A stretch of DNA of 48,093 nucleotides, taken from positions 1 through 48,093 of the forward strand of contig CANMWZ010000035.1 of assembly GCA_947501605.1 (NCBI GenBank), written 5' to 3'. How positions within the stretch are numbered: the stretch's first letter is position 1; each line of letters starts with the position of its first letter. Shown here in pieces: positions 9,666-18,628 of this stretch. The notes under the pieces are model-generated. The model searched no databases. It had not been told where the DNA came from and saw only the letters and a list, made by a program, of their open reading frames with translations. Made by a program: the position numbers and the translations under genes. This DNA comes from Planctomycetota bacterium (lineage in GTDB: Bacteria; Planctomycetota; UBA1135; UBA2386).

Positions 9666-11222
9666 TCAGCGGATCTTCTCGCTGATGGTCTTCGCCTGCA
9701 GGAACTGGAGCAGGTAGTCCGGGCCGCCGGCTTTGCTGTCCGTGCCGGACATGTTGAAGCCACCAAACGGGTGGGCACCAACGAGCGCGCCGGTGCACTT
9801 GCGATTGATGTAGAAGTTGCCCACATGAAAGCGGCGGCGAGCAAGTTGCTTGTGCCCGTCATCGTTGGTGAACACGGCGCCCGTAAGGCCGTACTCCGTG
9901 TTGTTGGCGACGGCCAGCCCTGCCTCGAAGTCGTTGACGCGGATGAGCGCGAGCACGGGCCCGAAGATCTCCTCTTGGGAGAGCTTCGCCTCGGGCTTCA
10001 CGTCGCCAAACACCGTCGGCTGAACGAAGTAACCGCTGCTGGGGCCTTCGCCACCGCCGGCCAACAACTTGCCCTCTTTCTTGCCGATGCGGATGTACTC
10101 GAGCGTCTTGCGCTTTGCGCCACCGTCGACCATCGGGCCCATGTAGTTGCTCGGGTCGCTCGGATGGCCGAGCTTGATGGCCGCGACCTTGGGCAGCATG
10201 CGCTTCACGAACTCGTCGTAGATGTCCGCGTGCAGGATGGCGCGACTGCAGGCCGAGCACTTCTGGCCCTGGTAGCCAAATGCGGAAGCGACGACCGCGT
10301 CCACGGCCTTGTCGAGGTCGCAGTTGTTGTCGACCAGGATGCTGTCCTTGCCGCCCATTTCGGCGACGAGGCGCTTCATCCAGATCTGGCCCTTCTGCGT
10401 CTTCGACGACTTCTCGAAGATGCCGAGGCCGACGTCGCGGCTCCCAGTGAACGAGATGAAGCGCGTGAGTTTGTGCTGCACCATCGCGCTGCCGACCGAG
10501 GAGCCCGGGCCGGTGACGAAGTTGAGCACCTGCTTTGGCAAGCCGCAGCCAAACATCAGGTCGACCCACATCGCGGCGACACCGGGCGACTGGCTCGCGG
10601 GCTTGACCACGACGGTGTTGCCGGCGACCAACGCGGCGACGGTCATGCCAGCCATGATCGCGAGCGGGAAGTTCCACGGTGGGATGACGATGCCCACACC
10701 GAGTGGGATGTAGATCATCTCGTTGCGTTCGCCCGCCACCGGCGTGACGGGCTGCGGCTCGGCCAGGCGCAGCATCTGCCCGGCGTAGTACTCCAAGAAG
10801 TCGATCGCTTCGGCCGTATCGGCGTCGCCTTCGGCCCAGCTCTTACCGACCTCGAAGCAGAGCATGGCGGAGAACTCGTGCTTGCGTTCGCGCAGACGCT
10901 GCGCGGCGTCCAAGACGATGCGCACGCGCTGCTCGACCTTCGTCTCGGCCCACTGCGGGAATGCAGCGTGGGCGGCATCGACGGCGCGGTCGGCGTCCGC
11001 GGCGGTCAGCTCCTGAAAGCGGCCGATGATCCGCGTGGTCTCACCGGGGTCGTGCGTTTCAAAGGTCTTGGTGCCGACGACCTGCTCGCCGCCGATCCAA
11101 CACGGCCAAGTCTTGCCGAGCACCTGCTCGCGGACCATTTGCAGTGCGCGCGTGAACGCGTCTTTGTTGGCGGGGATGGAGAAGTCGGTGAACGGTTCGT
11201 TGCGGAAGGGGGGCAGTTGCAT
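9666..11222 (-). CDS. pruA: L-glutamate gamma-semialdehyde (1-pyrroline-5-carboxylate) dehydrogenase, RocA/PruA type
   Basis: FRNEPFTDF, PPWNFPLAI, FTGS, AEMGGKD, GQKCSACSR, EEIFGPV, PFGGFNMSGTDSKAGGPDYL. Confidence 0.95.
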   Translation of the reverse strand: MQLPPFRNEPFTDFSIPANKDAFTRALQMVREQVLGKTWPCWIGGEQVVGTKTFETHDPGETTRIIGRFQELTAADADRAVDAAHAAFPQWAETKVEQRVRIVLDAAQRLRERKHEFSAMLCFEVGKSWAEGDADTAEAIDFLEYYAGQMLRLAEPQPVTPVAGERNEMIYIPLGVGIVIPPWNFPLAIMAGMTVAALVAGNTVVVKPASQSPGVAAMWVDLMFGCGLPKQVLNFVTGPGSSVGSAMVQHKLTRFISFTGSRDVGLGIFEKSSKTQKGQIWMKRLVAEMGGKDSILVDNNCDLDKAVDAVVASAFGYQGQKCSACSRAILHADIYDEFVKRMLPKVAAIKLGHPSDPSNYMGPMVDGGAKRKTLEYIRIGKKEGKLLAGGGEGPSSGYFVQPTVFGDVKPEAKLSQEEIFGPVLALIRVNDFEAGLAVANNTEYGLTGAVFTNDDGHKQLARRRFHVGNFYINRKCTGALVGAHPFGGFNMSGTDSKAGGPDYLLQFLQAKTISEKIR

Positions 11223-11272
11223 GGCAGGTTCGCGGATCGAGAACCTCCGACTCTAGCTTGTGGGCCGCCCTG

Positions 11273-11315
11273 AACAAAAGGAACGGCCCACCGGGAGATG
11301 ACCGGTGAGCCGTTT
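11273..11315 (-). terminator. Intrinsic terminator of the small Zn-ribbon gene
   Basis: Minus strand: AACGGCTCACCGG-7 nt loop-CCGGTGGGCCGTT followed by CCTTTTGTT. Confidence 0.75.
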
Positions 11316-11386
11316 CTCGGATCAGGGAACTGCGATTAGCCCGAGGAGCGGGTCGGCGAACAGGGCTCGCCGGCCAGCACCCGTGT

Positions 11387-11572
11387 TCAGGATGCCTGCC
11401 AGCGGTGCCGTTGCACCGTCTCCGAGAACTTGCGCGCGTCGTCGCTGCTGAACAGGCGCACCTTGGTGCTGCACTGCACGCAGAACGAATGGTCGACACT
11501 CATCAGGTAGCGCACGTAGTCCTTGCACTGCTCGCACCACTTGCGCTCACCGTAGAAGTCCTGGTTACCCAT
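11387..11572 (-). CDS. Small (61 aa) zinc-ribbon-like protein
   Basis: MGNQDFYGERKWCEQCKDYVRYLMSVDHSFCVQCSTKVRLF...; two CxxC motifs; GC-biased third positions; purine-rich AAAAGAGAG upstream; flanked by promoter-like and terminator signals. Confidence 0.8.
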   Translation of the reverse strand: MGNQDFYGERKWCEQCKDYVRYLMSVDHSFCVQCSTKVRLFSSDDARKFSETVQRHRWQAS

Positions 11573-11635
11573 TGCGTGTTGCTCTCTTTTGGTCAGGTGT
11601 GCTGTCCGAAGCGGACGGCGCACGAAGACTGAGAA

Positions 11636-11652
11636 AGCAAGCGACTTGCCAA
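11636..11652 (-). promoter_or_regulatory. Putative sigma54 (-24/-12) promoter
   Basis: Minus strand TTGGCAAGTCGCTTGCT matches TGGCACG-N4-TTGCW with exact GG-N10-GC spacing, about 65 nt upstream of ATG 11572. Confidence 0.7.
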
Positions 11653-11873
11653 GTGCGGTGCGGAACACGTTGCCGAGGCGCTGCGAGCGATGGCATCGAG
11701 CACAACGTTGTGAAGTGCAGGATCGCCGGCTTTTGCCGCGGCGGTGCACGAGTCGCGAATCGCGGACGGAGCGGATTGCCTCCTGCGCTTGCGCCGGAGC
11801 GACCGGCGTTGGCATGGGCTATCGGCCTGCGTCGCGAGGACCAGACCCGTCGTCGGTTCACGACGGCGGCGTT

Positions 11874-12995
11874 TCAGCCGCCGTGGAGTGCGCTCTCGAT
11901 CTCGGCGCGGACGCGCGGTTCGGTTTCGTTCGTGCGCGCGCGATCCAGTGCCGGGTGGTGGCGGTCGACCCGGCCGAGGGCCCACGCTGCATGGCCTCGG
12001 ACCACGGGGTCCTCGTCGCCGAGCGCCGATGCCAGCGCGGGCGCGGTTGCCGGATCGCGGACGTTGCCCAGCACAACGGCGGCGTTGCGGCGCAAACCCG
12101 TTCGCGTCGCGCGCCGCATCGCCGTTCCGACCCATTCGCGCTGATAGTGGGCTTCGTCGAGTGCCAGCACCTCGACGAGGCTCCACTGCGACAGCACCTT
12201 GTGCGGCTGAAGGTCGCGTGGTCGGTCCAGGCCGTGCACGTCGAGTAGCGGGCTGCGGGCGTGGAACGGGCAGACCTCGATGCAGACGTCGCAGCCAAAG
12301 AAGCGGTCGCCTTGTGCCTCCCGGAGTTCCGGGCTCGCGAACCCGCGCAGTTCGATGGTCGTGTAGCTGAGGCAGCGTCGGGCGTCGACTTGGTGCGGGG
12401 CGACGATGGCGCCAGTGGGGCACGCGTCGAGGCAGGCCGTACAGGTCCCGCAGGTCCCTGGCGCCGGCCCATCCTGGGGCAGGTCCATGCCGGTGAGCAA
12501 CTCGGCAAGTTGCAGGTAGGGCCCATGTGTCGGGGAGATGACCATGGCGCTCTTCGCCAAGAAGCCGATGCCGGCGCGGACGGCCAACGCGCGTTCGAGC
12601 ACCGGGACAGCGTCTGCGCCGCCGTTGCAAGTGCCATGGGGCACGCCCTCCCGCTCGAGCCTTTGACGCAAGGCGAACACGCGGTCGCGCAGCCAGCGGT
12701 GGTAGTCCCGACCTGCGGCATAGCGCGCAACCTGGCCACCACCGCGCAACTCGGCTCTAGGGCCGCCGTAGTCGACCCCGAGCGCGATGGCGGAGCGGAC
12801 TCCGGTCCGCCAACTTGCAGGGTCGAGGATCCGATCGCGGTTGTCCGCGAGGTAGTGCATCTCGCCGTGGCGTCCCTGGTCCAACCAGTCGACGAAGTGC
12901 TGCCCGTGTGGACCTGGGTCGGCGGGGCCGAAGCGGACCAACTCGAACCCACAATCGTGGGCCAGTTCGCGCACCAAGGCGGGTGTGGGGGGCAT
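11874..12995 (-). CDS. queG: Epoxyqueuosine reductase
   Basis: G.HGEMHYL, ARYAAGRDYH, D..PVLERALA, CGTCTACLDACPTGA, DARRCLSY, GCDVCIEVCP, RRNAAVVLGN plus HEAT repeat. Confidence 0.95.
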   Translation of the reverse strand: MPPTPALVRELAHDCGFELVRFGPADPGPHGQHFVDWLDQGRHGEMHYLADNRDRILDPASWRTGVRSAIALGVDYGGPRAELRGGGQVARYAAGRDYHRWLRDRVFALRQRLEREGVPHGTCNGGADAVPVLERALAVRAGIGFLAKSAMVISPTHGPYLQLAELLTGMDLPQDGPAPGTCGTCTACLDACPTGAIVAPHQVDARRCLSYTTIELRGFASPELREAQGDRFFGCDVCIEVCPFHARSPLLDVHGLDRPRDLQPHKVLSQWSLVEVLALDEAHYQREWVGTAMRRATRTGLRRNAAVVLGNVRDPATAPALASALGDEDPVVRGHAAWALGRVDRHHPALDRARTNETEPRVRAEIESALHGG

Positions 12996-13081
12996 GGAAC
13001 CGAGGGCGTCGCTCAAGTGGCTGCGCCAGCAACGTCGATGCGACTGTAACAAGGCGCCCGTGTCGTGGCGTGTTCCGAATC

Positions 13082-13921
13082 ATGAGCCTGAGTCGCACAT
13101 CTGATCCTGTCACTTCACCAGGGGCGGCCTTCGAGACGGTCGCACGTTCTGCTTCTTCGAGCGTCGTGGCGCACGAGCGACTCGACGACCATGGCGGCGC
13201 CCGCGCGTTTGGCCCTGGTCGCCCAGGCAACCTCGTGGTTGCGCCGGAAGGTGCCGTGTACGCTACGGCGCTGCTGCGCAGCGAGGCGCGGGGCGTGCAC
13301 CAGTTCGGTCAGCGACTGCTCGCTCAAGTCGAGAGTCAGGACCTGTTGCTCACCGAGCTGCGCCGCGTGTTGACGTCGATGGCCGACGAGGCCGTATCCG
13401 GCACACCGGGCACGATGCAGCGTCTTGCGCGCACGGCCACCGAAATCGTCGACTGGTGTGAAGCGGTGCAACTCGAGTTGCAGAACGAAGGCAGCCGCGC
13501 CATTGCCGGCGCGCAGGCCATCGACTTGCTCGAACTGGTCCACGACGTCTTGCACGATCTTGGCGGCGCGCGGCCCGAGCGCGAAATCGTCGTCCGTGGC
13601 AGTGCCCCGTTCGCGGCGTGGGGCTCGGTCACGGCCCTGGGGCGAGTCGTGCGTCTTGCGCTCGAGTTGGTCGATGCCCGAACTGGCGGTGCCGGTCACC
13701 TGCACATCGAGATCGGTTACGACGACGAAGGGCACTACCTCAGCATTCTCGGCCAAGGCAAGGCCGTGGGGGATCCCAGCCACGATCGAGTCGAGGAGTT
13801 CCGCGACGCGACGGAATCGGCCGGAGTGCAGGTGGTGCCGGATCCCACAACCGAGGGCCGAACTGGCTTGCAGCTCAGGTTGGCGACTGGGTCGCGCGGC
13901 CCGCTGCTGCAAGTCCACTGA
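13082..13921 (+). CDS. Degenerate histidine kinase/phosphotransferase-like protein (helical domain plus HATPase-like fold lacking N/G boxes)
   Basis: IDLLELVHDVL...EIVVRG...GSVTALGRVVRLALE...GHLHIEI...LSILGQG follows the HATPase_c pattern, but the N-box Asn and DxGxG are not conserved. Confidence 0.55.
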   Translation: MSLSRTSDPVTSPGAAFETVARSASSSVVAHERLDDHGGARAFGPGRPGNLVVAPEGAVYATALLRSEARGVHQFGQRLLAQVESQDLLLTELRRVLTSMADEAVSGTPGTMQRLARTATEIVDWCEAVQLELQNEGSRAIAGAQAIDLLELVHDVLHDLGGARPEREIVVRGSAPFAAWGSVTALGRVVRLALELVDARTGGAGHLHIEIGYDDEGHYLSILGQGKAVGDPSHDRVEEFRDATESAGVQVVPDPTTEGRTGLQLRLATGSRGPLLQVH

Positions 13922-14095
13922 GCCGCTCGCGCACGAAGCTGAGGCTGGGAGCGGATCGGATCGCGCAGCGATCGGCGCTGCGGATTGCGCCGGGGCCTTC
14001 GATGGCCGAAGGGAGGGGGTCCCTTCCCACGCGCTCACGGATCTGGCAGGATGTGGGTGCAGATCGGACGCGACGCTTTCCCTGGAGCCGTTGCC

Positions 14096-14962
14096 ATGCA
14101 CTCCGCAGTCACAATGCTCGAGTTGACGCCAGCCTTGCGCGCAAGGCTGTTGGAGTTGTGGGAGCGCATCGGGGATCCGGCCCTCAAGTTGTTGTCCGAG
14201 GGTCTGCCACCTAGGGCTGCGGTGGCGTTCGAGACCAAGCAGGATCGGTCGGACTGGATCAGCACCTGCCTCATGGAGGCCTACAAGAACACCGGCGATG
14301 CGGCCGTGTTCGCGCTGCTCTTCGAGTTGAACCATCCGGTGTTCTTACTCGCGGTGCACGGGCAGATGCGGCGAGCCAGCTACCACATTGATCCCGCGGA
14401 CGTGTTGCAGGAGGTGTTCCTCAACATCTACCGCTACCCGCACCACTTCCATTCCGATCGCGCCGATGCGTTTCGCAACTGGGGTCATCGCATCGCGCGC
14501 AACACGCTGCTGAAGTTCATGCGCAGCGAGTCGCGCCGGCAACGGCAGCAGAGTCTCGACGATGAGTTCCAGTGCGCCGACGAGCGCGCCCATTCGCCGC
14601 TGCGCTCGGCGATTGACGTCGAAGGCGCCGAGTTGGTCAACCGCGCCTATGTCCTCTACCTCACTCTCTACCTGCGGCATTTCGGCAAGCTGTCGCCAAA
14701 GGAGCAGCGCGCGTTGACGATGGTCGAGGTCGAAGGGCACTCGTACCGCCATGCCGCCGACGAACTCGGCATCAAGGTCGAGAACCTCAAGATGGTCGTG
14801 TTCCGCGGGCGTCGCAAGGTGTTCCGCGGGATGTCCAACACGCTAGCGATGCTGGCGATGCCAGCGATGGATGCGGGGTCGGTGGTGCAGCCTTGGACCC
14901 CGCGCACGCTCGCCCGCAACAGCTTGGGCAATCTGCATTCGCAACCTGAGTGCAGTAGCTGA
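14096..14962 (+). CDS. ECF sigma-70 factor with N- and C-terminal extensions
   Basis: Region 2: DPADVLQEVFLNIYR...FRNWGHRIARN. Region 4: LSPKEQRALTMVEVEGHSYRHAADELGIKVENLKMVVFRGRRK. GGAG upstream of ATG 14096. Confidence 0.9.
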   Translation: MHSAVTMLELTPALRARLLELWERIGDPALKLLSEGLPPRAAVAFETKQDRSDWISTCLMEAYKNTGDAAVFALLFELNHPVFLLAVHGQMRRASYHIDPADVLQEVFLNIYRYPHHFHSDRADAFRNWGHRIARNTLLKFMRSESRRQRQQSLDDEFQCADERAHSPLRSAIDVEGAELVNRAYVLYLTLYLRHFGKLSPKEQRALTMVEVEGHSYRHAADELGIKVENLKMVVFRGRRKVFRGMSNTLAMLAMPAMDAGSVVQPWTPRTLARNSLGNLHSQPECSS

Positions 14963-15042
14963 CTATTCACACTCCCGGCGGCGTTTGCTCTGCTTTCGTT
15001 GCCTTCCTACCAATCCCGCCACCGGCGCTAGAACCCATCCCC

Positions 15043-16050
15043 GTGCTCGAGCAAGGCAACGATCCATGCATGCAGACCCAGGTGGATCTGTCGGCGATGC
15101 TCGATGGCGAACTCGATGCTGCATCCGTTCGCCGCGTCATGGTGCACAGCGACCTGTGCCACGAATGCCGTTCGTTCCTCGACAGCATTCGAGACCAGGC
15201 TCGGCTGCATCGTTCGATGCACGCACTGGAGGTCGCTCCCGAGGCCGGTCAGCGCACGTCGGCGGTGCTGCGTCAGCAGCTCCTCGAGAACCGTTCACGC
15301 CTCGGCAGCATTCTCTACGAACTCGGTCGGGGGTTCGCCCTGCTCGGGCTCTCGCCGGACTTCTCCCGCGACGTCGGCAAGGAGCCCGTATCCGTGCCCG
15401 ACATGGCGATGCGCGGTCGCCAGTTCGTCGATGAGGCCACGCGCTGGGCGCGCGGGCATGGGGCAAGCGAAGGCGAGTGGATGGCCGCGAAGGACCTGTT
15501 CGAGCCTGGCGCCCGCAGTGCGATCGAGAACCTCGCGAAGGGCCAGCGCCTGCTCTCCGAGTGCCTGGCGCTGTTGCCAGATCACTGCGAAGCGCGGATC
15601 TATCTGGGGATGGTCCACAGTGTGCGCGGCCAGCGCAGCTTGGCGCGGCGGCAGTTTGCGACGGTCATCGCGACTACCGCCGATCCCGCGATGCGGGGCT
15701 TTGCTCTGCTGAACCTCGGCAACGTGCACATGCAGGAAGGTGACCTCCACGGCGCCATCGATCTGTTGCAGCAACTGGTGGCGAGTGGCGTCGTCGCCCA
15801 GCAACCAAGGTTCGGTATGGCGTACTTCAATCTGGCACTGGCACTCGGCTTGTTGCGGCGGTTCGATGAGTGCCAGCAGTGGTTGCGACGACTGCACGAC
15901 GAGTTGCCCCACAAGCGCAACGTCATCGCCAGGGAGTTGACCAAACGCAGCCAGTTCGTGCATACATTGCGCTCTCATCCGGAGGTCGAGCATCGCTTGG
16001 CCACGGAGTTCCCGATCTGGTTCCCATTGACGGGCAAGGAAGCGAGCTGA
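15043..16050 (+). CDS. Soluble zinc-finger (ZAS/zf-HC2) anti-sigma factor with TPR repeats
   Basis: C...LSAMLDGELD...VHSDLCHEC (HxxxCxxC) at the N-terminus; TPR motifs (EARIYLGMV, ALLNLGNV, AYFNLALAL); no TM helix seen. Confidence 0.85.
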   Translation: MLEQGNDPCMQTQVDLSAMLDGELDAASVRRVMVHSDLCHECRSFLDSIRDQARLHRSMHALEVAPEAGQRTSAVLRQQLLENRSRLGSILYELGRGFALLGLSPDFSRDVGKEPVSVPDMAMRGRQFVDEATRWARGHGASEGEWMAAKDLFEPGARSAIENLAKGQRLLSECLALLPDHCEARIYLGMVHSVRGQRSLARRQFATVIATTADPAMRGFALLNLGNVHMQEGDLHGAIDLLQQLVASGVVAQQPRFGMAYFNLALALGLLRRFDECQQWLRRLHDELPHKRNVIARELTKRSQFVHTLRSHPEVEHRLATEFPIWFPLTGKEAS

Positions 16051-16051
16051 A

Positions 16052-16507
16052 GTGCGAGCACTGTTGCAGACCCTGTTGATTGCACTGGCCTCCCTGTTGC
16101 TCGCTCTGGCTGGTCCTGGAGCGGCCCCGGGTGGTGGTGGCGAATCTGGTGTGTGGGTCCTGCCGCTCGCGAGCAACGTCGCCTGCATGCCCCTCAATGC
16201 CGCCGAGTCCATGAGGTCGCCGCGGGATTGGCGAGCCGTCGCACCAAGCAGCGGACCGCTGCAGATGAAGGTCTCCGCCGACGTGAGTGCTCCGGCCGCC
16301 GTGCTCTACGACAGCGGCACCCAACTGTCGTTGCCGTTGGTCGTCTCCGGCAACCGCGTGCTGTTGCCAGTGCGGACCGAGGAGGCGCTGCTGGCGCCGA
16401 CGAGTGCGGGCATGGCAACGGGCGCGATCGTGGGTGCGAACGGCCGCGGCTACCTGATTCGCATTCGGCGCACGTCGGCGACCGGACTCATTGTCGAGAT
16501 CTTGTGA
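16052..16507 (+). CDS. Secreted hypothetical protein (151 aa)
   Basis: Strong signal peptide (MRALLQTLLIALASLLLALA); starts 1 nt after the anti-sigma stop; beta-rich mature part. Confidence 0.7.
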   Translation: MRALLQTLLIALASLLLALAGPGAAPGGGGESGVWVLPLASNVACMPLNAAESMRSPRDWRAVAPSSGPLQMKVSADVSAPAAVLYDSGTQLSLPLVVSGNRVLLPVRTEEALLAPTSAGMATGAIVGANGRGYLIRIRRTSATGLIVEIL

Positions 16508-16580
16508 TCTCGATTCGATGCGTCGACACGCACCGCTCGGTGCCCGCCCCTCGCGCGGTGAACCGGGGCAGGCAGCTCTC

Positions 16581-17381
16581 TTAGTCGGTTGGCAAGCGCA
16601 GAGAGGCCAGCATTCGCCCGGGATCGTTGCTGCACATCGCGTCGACTCCGAGGGCACGGCCGCCGTGCCAGCCGAGTTCGTCGTCGCTGGTGTAGGTGAC
16701 AAGCAGAAGGCCTGCGGCGTGCGCCCGGTCGATCTCTGCTCGCGTCAACTTTGGTGCGTGCCAATGCACGAAGCAGGCCCCGATCCGCCGTGCCGACGCG
16801 ACCACCGCATCGTCGACGTGCTCGTGGTCATCGGTCGGACCGAGCAGGCCGAGTGCGAGCCTTGGCTCGAGCTTGCCGGCCGCGTCGACGAATGGCCAAT
16901 CGAACGACTGCAATAGGACGTCGTCCACCACGCCAAGGCGCCGCAACTCGGCGACGAACTGCGCCGCCGTGCCGCCTTTGTGCTCGAGCATCGGCAGCGA
17001 CTTCGGCAGCATCACGGCGAGCGCCTGTTCCAGCGTCGGGATGCGGGCGCCAGCGTGTTGCGCTCCCTTCCACGCGCCGGCGTCGAGTCGCTGAGCGCGC
17101 ACGAGCTCGAAATCGGCGATGCGCGCCCCGGGTCCGATGGCCTTCGCCGCATCCGTCGTGCGATCCAGCGTGGCATCATGGAGACACACGAGCGCGCCGC
17201 ACGAAGTCGCTTGTACGTCGAACTCCTGCACCGGCGCGCCGAGCGCAGTGGCCGCGGCAAAGGCCGCTACGGTGTTTTCGGGATGGTTGCGACTGTCGCC
17301 GCGGTGGGCGACGACGGCTGGCCGTTGGTGTGCGAGGGCGCGGAATCGCGCGGCGGCTTTCGGTTCTGGGGTTCGAGTCAC
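16581..17381 (-). CDS. Glycerophosphodiester phosphodiesterase (GDPD family)
   Basis: VVAHRGDS..HPENT, EFDV, VCLHDATLDRTT, IPTL, QSFD, GVDAMCSNDP. Start GTG 17381 inferred. Confidence 0.9.
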   Translation of the reverse strand: MTRTPEPKAAARFRALAHQRPAVVAHRGDSRNHPENTVAAFAAATALGAPVQEFDVQATSCGALVCLHDATLDRTTDAAKAIGPGARIADFELVRAQRLDAGAWKGAQHAGARIPTLEQALAVMLPKSLPMLEHKGGTAAQFVAELRRLGVVDDVLLQSFDWPFVDAAGKLEPRLALGLLGPTDDHEHVDDAVVASARRIGACFVHWHAPKLTRAEIDRAHAAGLLLVTYTSDDELGWHGGRALGVDAMCSNDPGRMLASLRLPTD

Positions 17382-17485
17382 AGTCCGCGTTCTATCGGCT
17401 GCCGCGCACCTGGACCACGCCTGCCGGTCATGAACATCAATGACACTGCAGTGGATGGTCCGCAACTGTCGATTCAGCCGATGCC

Positions 17486-18628
17486 ATGGATCCGTCGCCG
17501 CCAGCCAAGACTCCGCTCGGGCATACTGGGGCGAGTTCGCCTGCGAACGCGGCGCTCGCGGCAGTGGGAGCTGCGCCTGGGAGTGAGGAGGTCGCCGTGC
17601 GCGCGGTCCCCGTGACGCCGGGCCAAGCGTTGCAGGCCACGGTCGTGTCGCTGCAGGACGGCGTGGCATGGTTTGGCTACCGCGGCTCGATCTTCGCGGC
17701 GCGCACGACCATGCCGTTGGAACTCGGCCGCAGCTATGACCTCACGGTGGTGCGCACGGAGCCCTTCGTCGTGTTGGGGCCAGCCAAGGGCATGGAGGTG
17801 GTTGCGGCGCGCACTGTGGCATCGTCGCCCGGTGGTTCGTGGTGGTTGGGCCTGCTGTCGCGACTCTTGACTCTAGATTCCGGCGCCTTGTCGTCGCGGT
17901 CTTTGATGCCAACGGCCGCGATGTCCATCCGCGAGCCGTTGTCGCGATGGGCAGCCGGGGACGCGTCGTCGGCGGTGCTGCACGCGATCCAGCGCCAGCT
18001 CGGCCACGATCAAGAGGCCCGCGTACTCCGAATGCTCGCATTGCCAGCGGCGGAGCGCCCAGCGGCCGCAGTGGAGTTGCAGTCGACAGCCAAAGCCCGC
18101 GCACTCGAAGTGCTCGCTGGGGGTGGCGTCGGCGCGCCGACGGATCCGCGCGCCGGCGACGCCGCGCACGCCTTCGTGGTTCTGACGTCGGCGATCGAGC
18201 GTGACAACGCCGGGCGCAGCGATCTCGGCTTGCCGCAGTGGCTGCCGCTGCCGGCGTGCCCGGCGATGGGCTTGTCCGACGCGCGCATGTTCCTGGTGCC
18301 TCCAGCTGGTGGCGATGGCTCGGCCGACAGCGTCGGCGAAGCGCAACCGTTCACGATCGTGCTGCTCCTGGAGTTCACCAAGCTCGGGGCGATGCGCGTC
18401 GATGTTGCGATGCGCGACCTCGACGTGGATCTGACATTCACGGCCGTACAGTCGGCCGCGGCTGCGGTACTGCTGCAGGCGACGAGCGAACTACGCGCCG
18501 ATCTTGGGGCCGCGGGACTCCGTGTTCGTGAGGTCCGCGTGCACAAAGCGGCCGACGCGCAGTTGCCGTGCCACGATCTGTTGTTGCCACCGAGAGATGG
18601 CTCTGCGCTGGTCGATTGTCATGCGTGA
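17486..18628 (+). CDS. FliK-like (hook-length control C-terminal domain) protein, YlqG-like
   Basis: C-terminal LLLEFTKLGAMRVDVAM...LTF...SELRADLGAAGLRV fits the Flg_hook domain; overlaps the downstream FlhB-like gene. Confidence 0.7.
   Translation: MDPSPPAKTPLGHTGASSPANAALAAVGAAPGSEEVAVRAVPVTPGQALQATVVSLQDGVAWFGYRGSIFAARTTMPLELGRSYDLTVVRTEPFVVLGPAKGMEVVAARTVASSPGGSWWLGLLSRLLTLDSGALSSRSLMPTAAMSIREPLSRWAAGDASSAVLHAIQRQLGHDQEARVLRMLALPAAERPAAAVELQSTAKARALEVLAGGGVGAPTDPRAGDAAHAFVVLTSAIERDNAGRSDLGLPQWLPLPACPAMGLSDARMFLVPPAGGDGSADSVGEAQPFTIVLLLEFTKLGAMRVDVAMRDLDVDLTFTAVQSAAAAVLLQATSELRADLGAAGLRVREVRVHKAADAQLPCHDLLLPPRDGSALVDCHA

Noticed and set aside
4052..12995. queA and queG as a queuosine operon
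   Set aside because: About 7 kb apart, on opposite strands and separated by unrelated genes.
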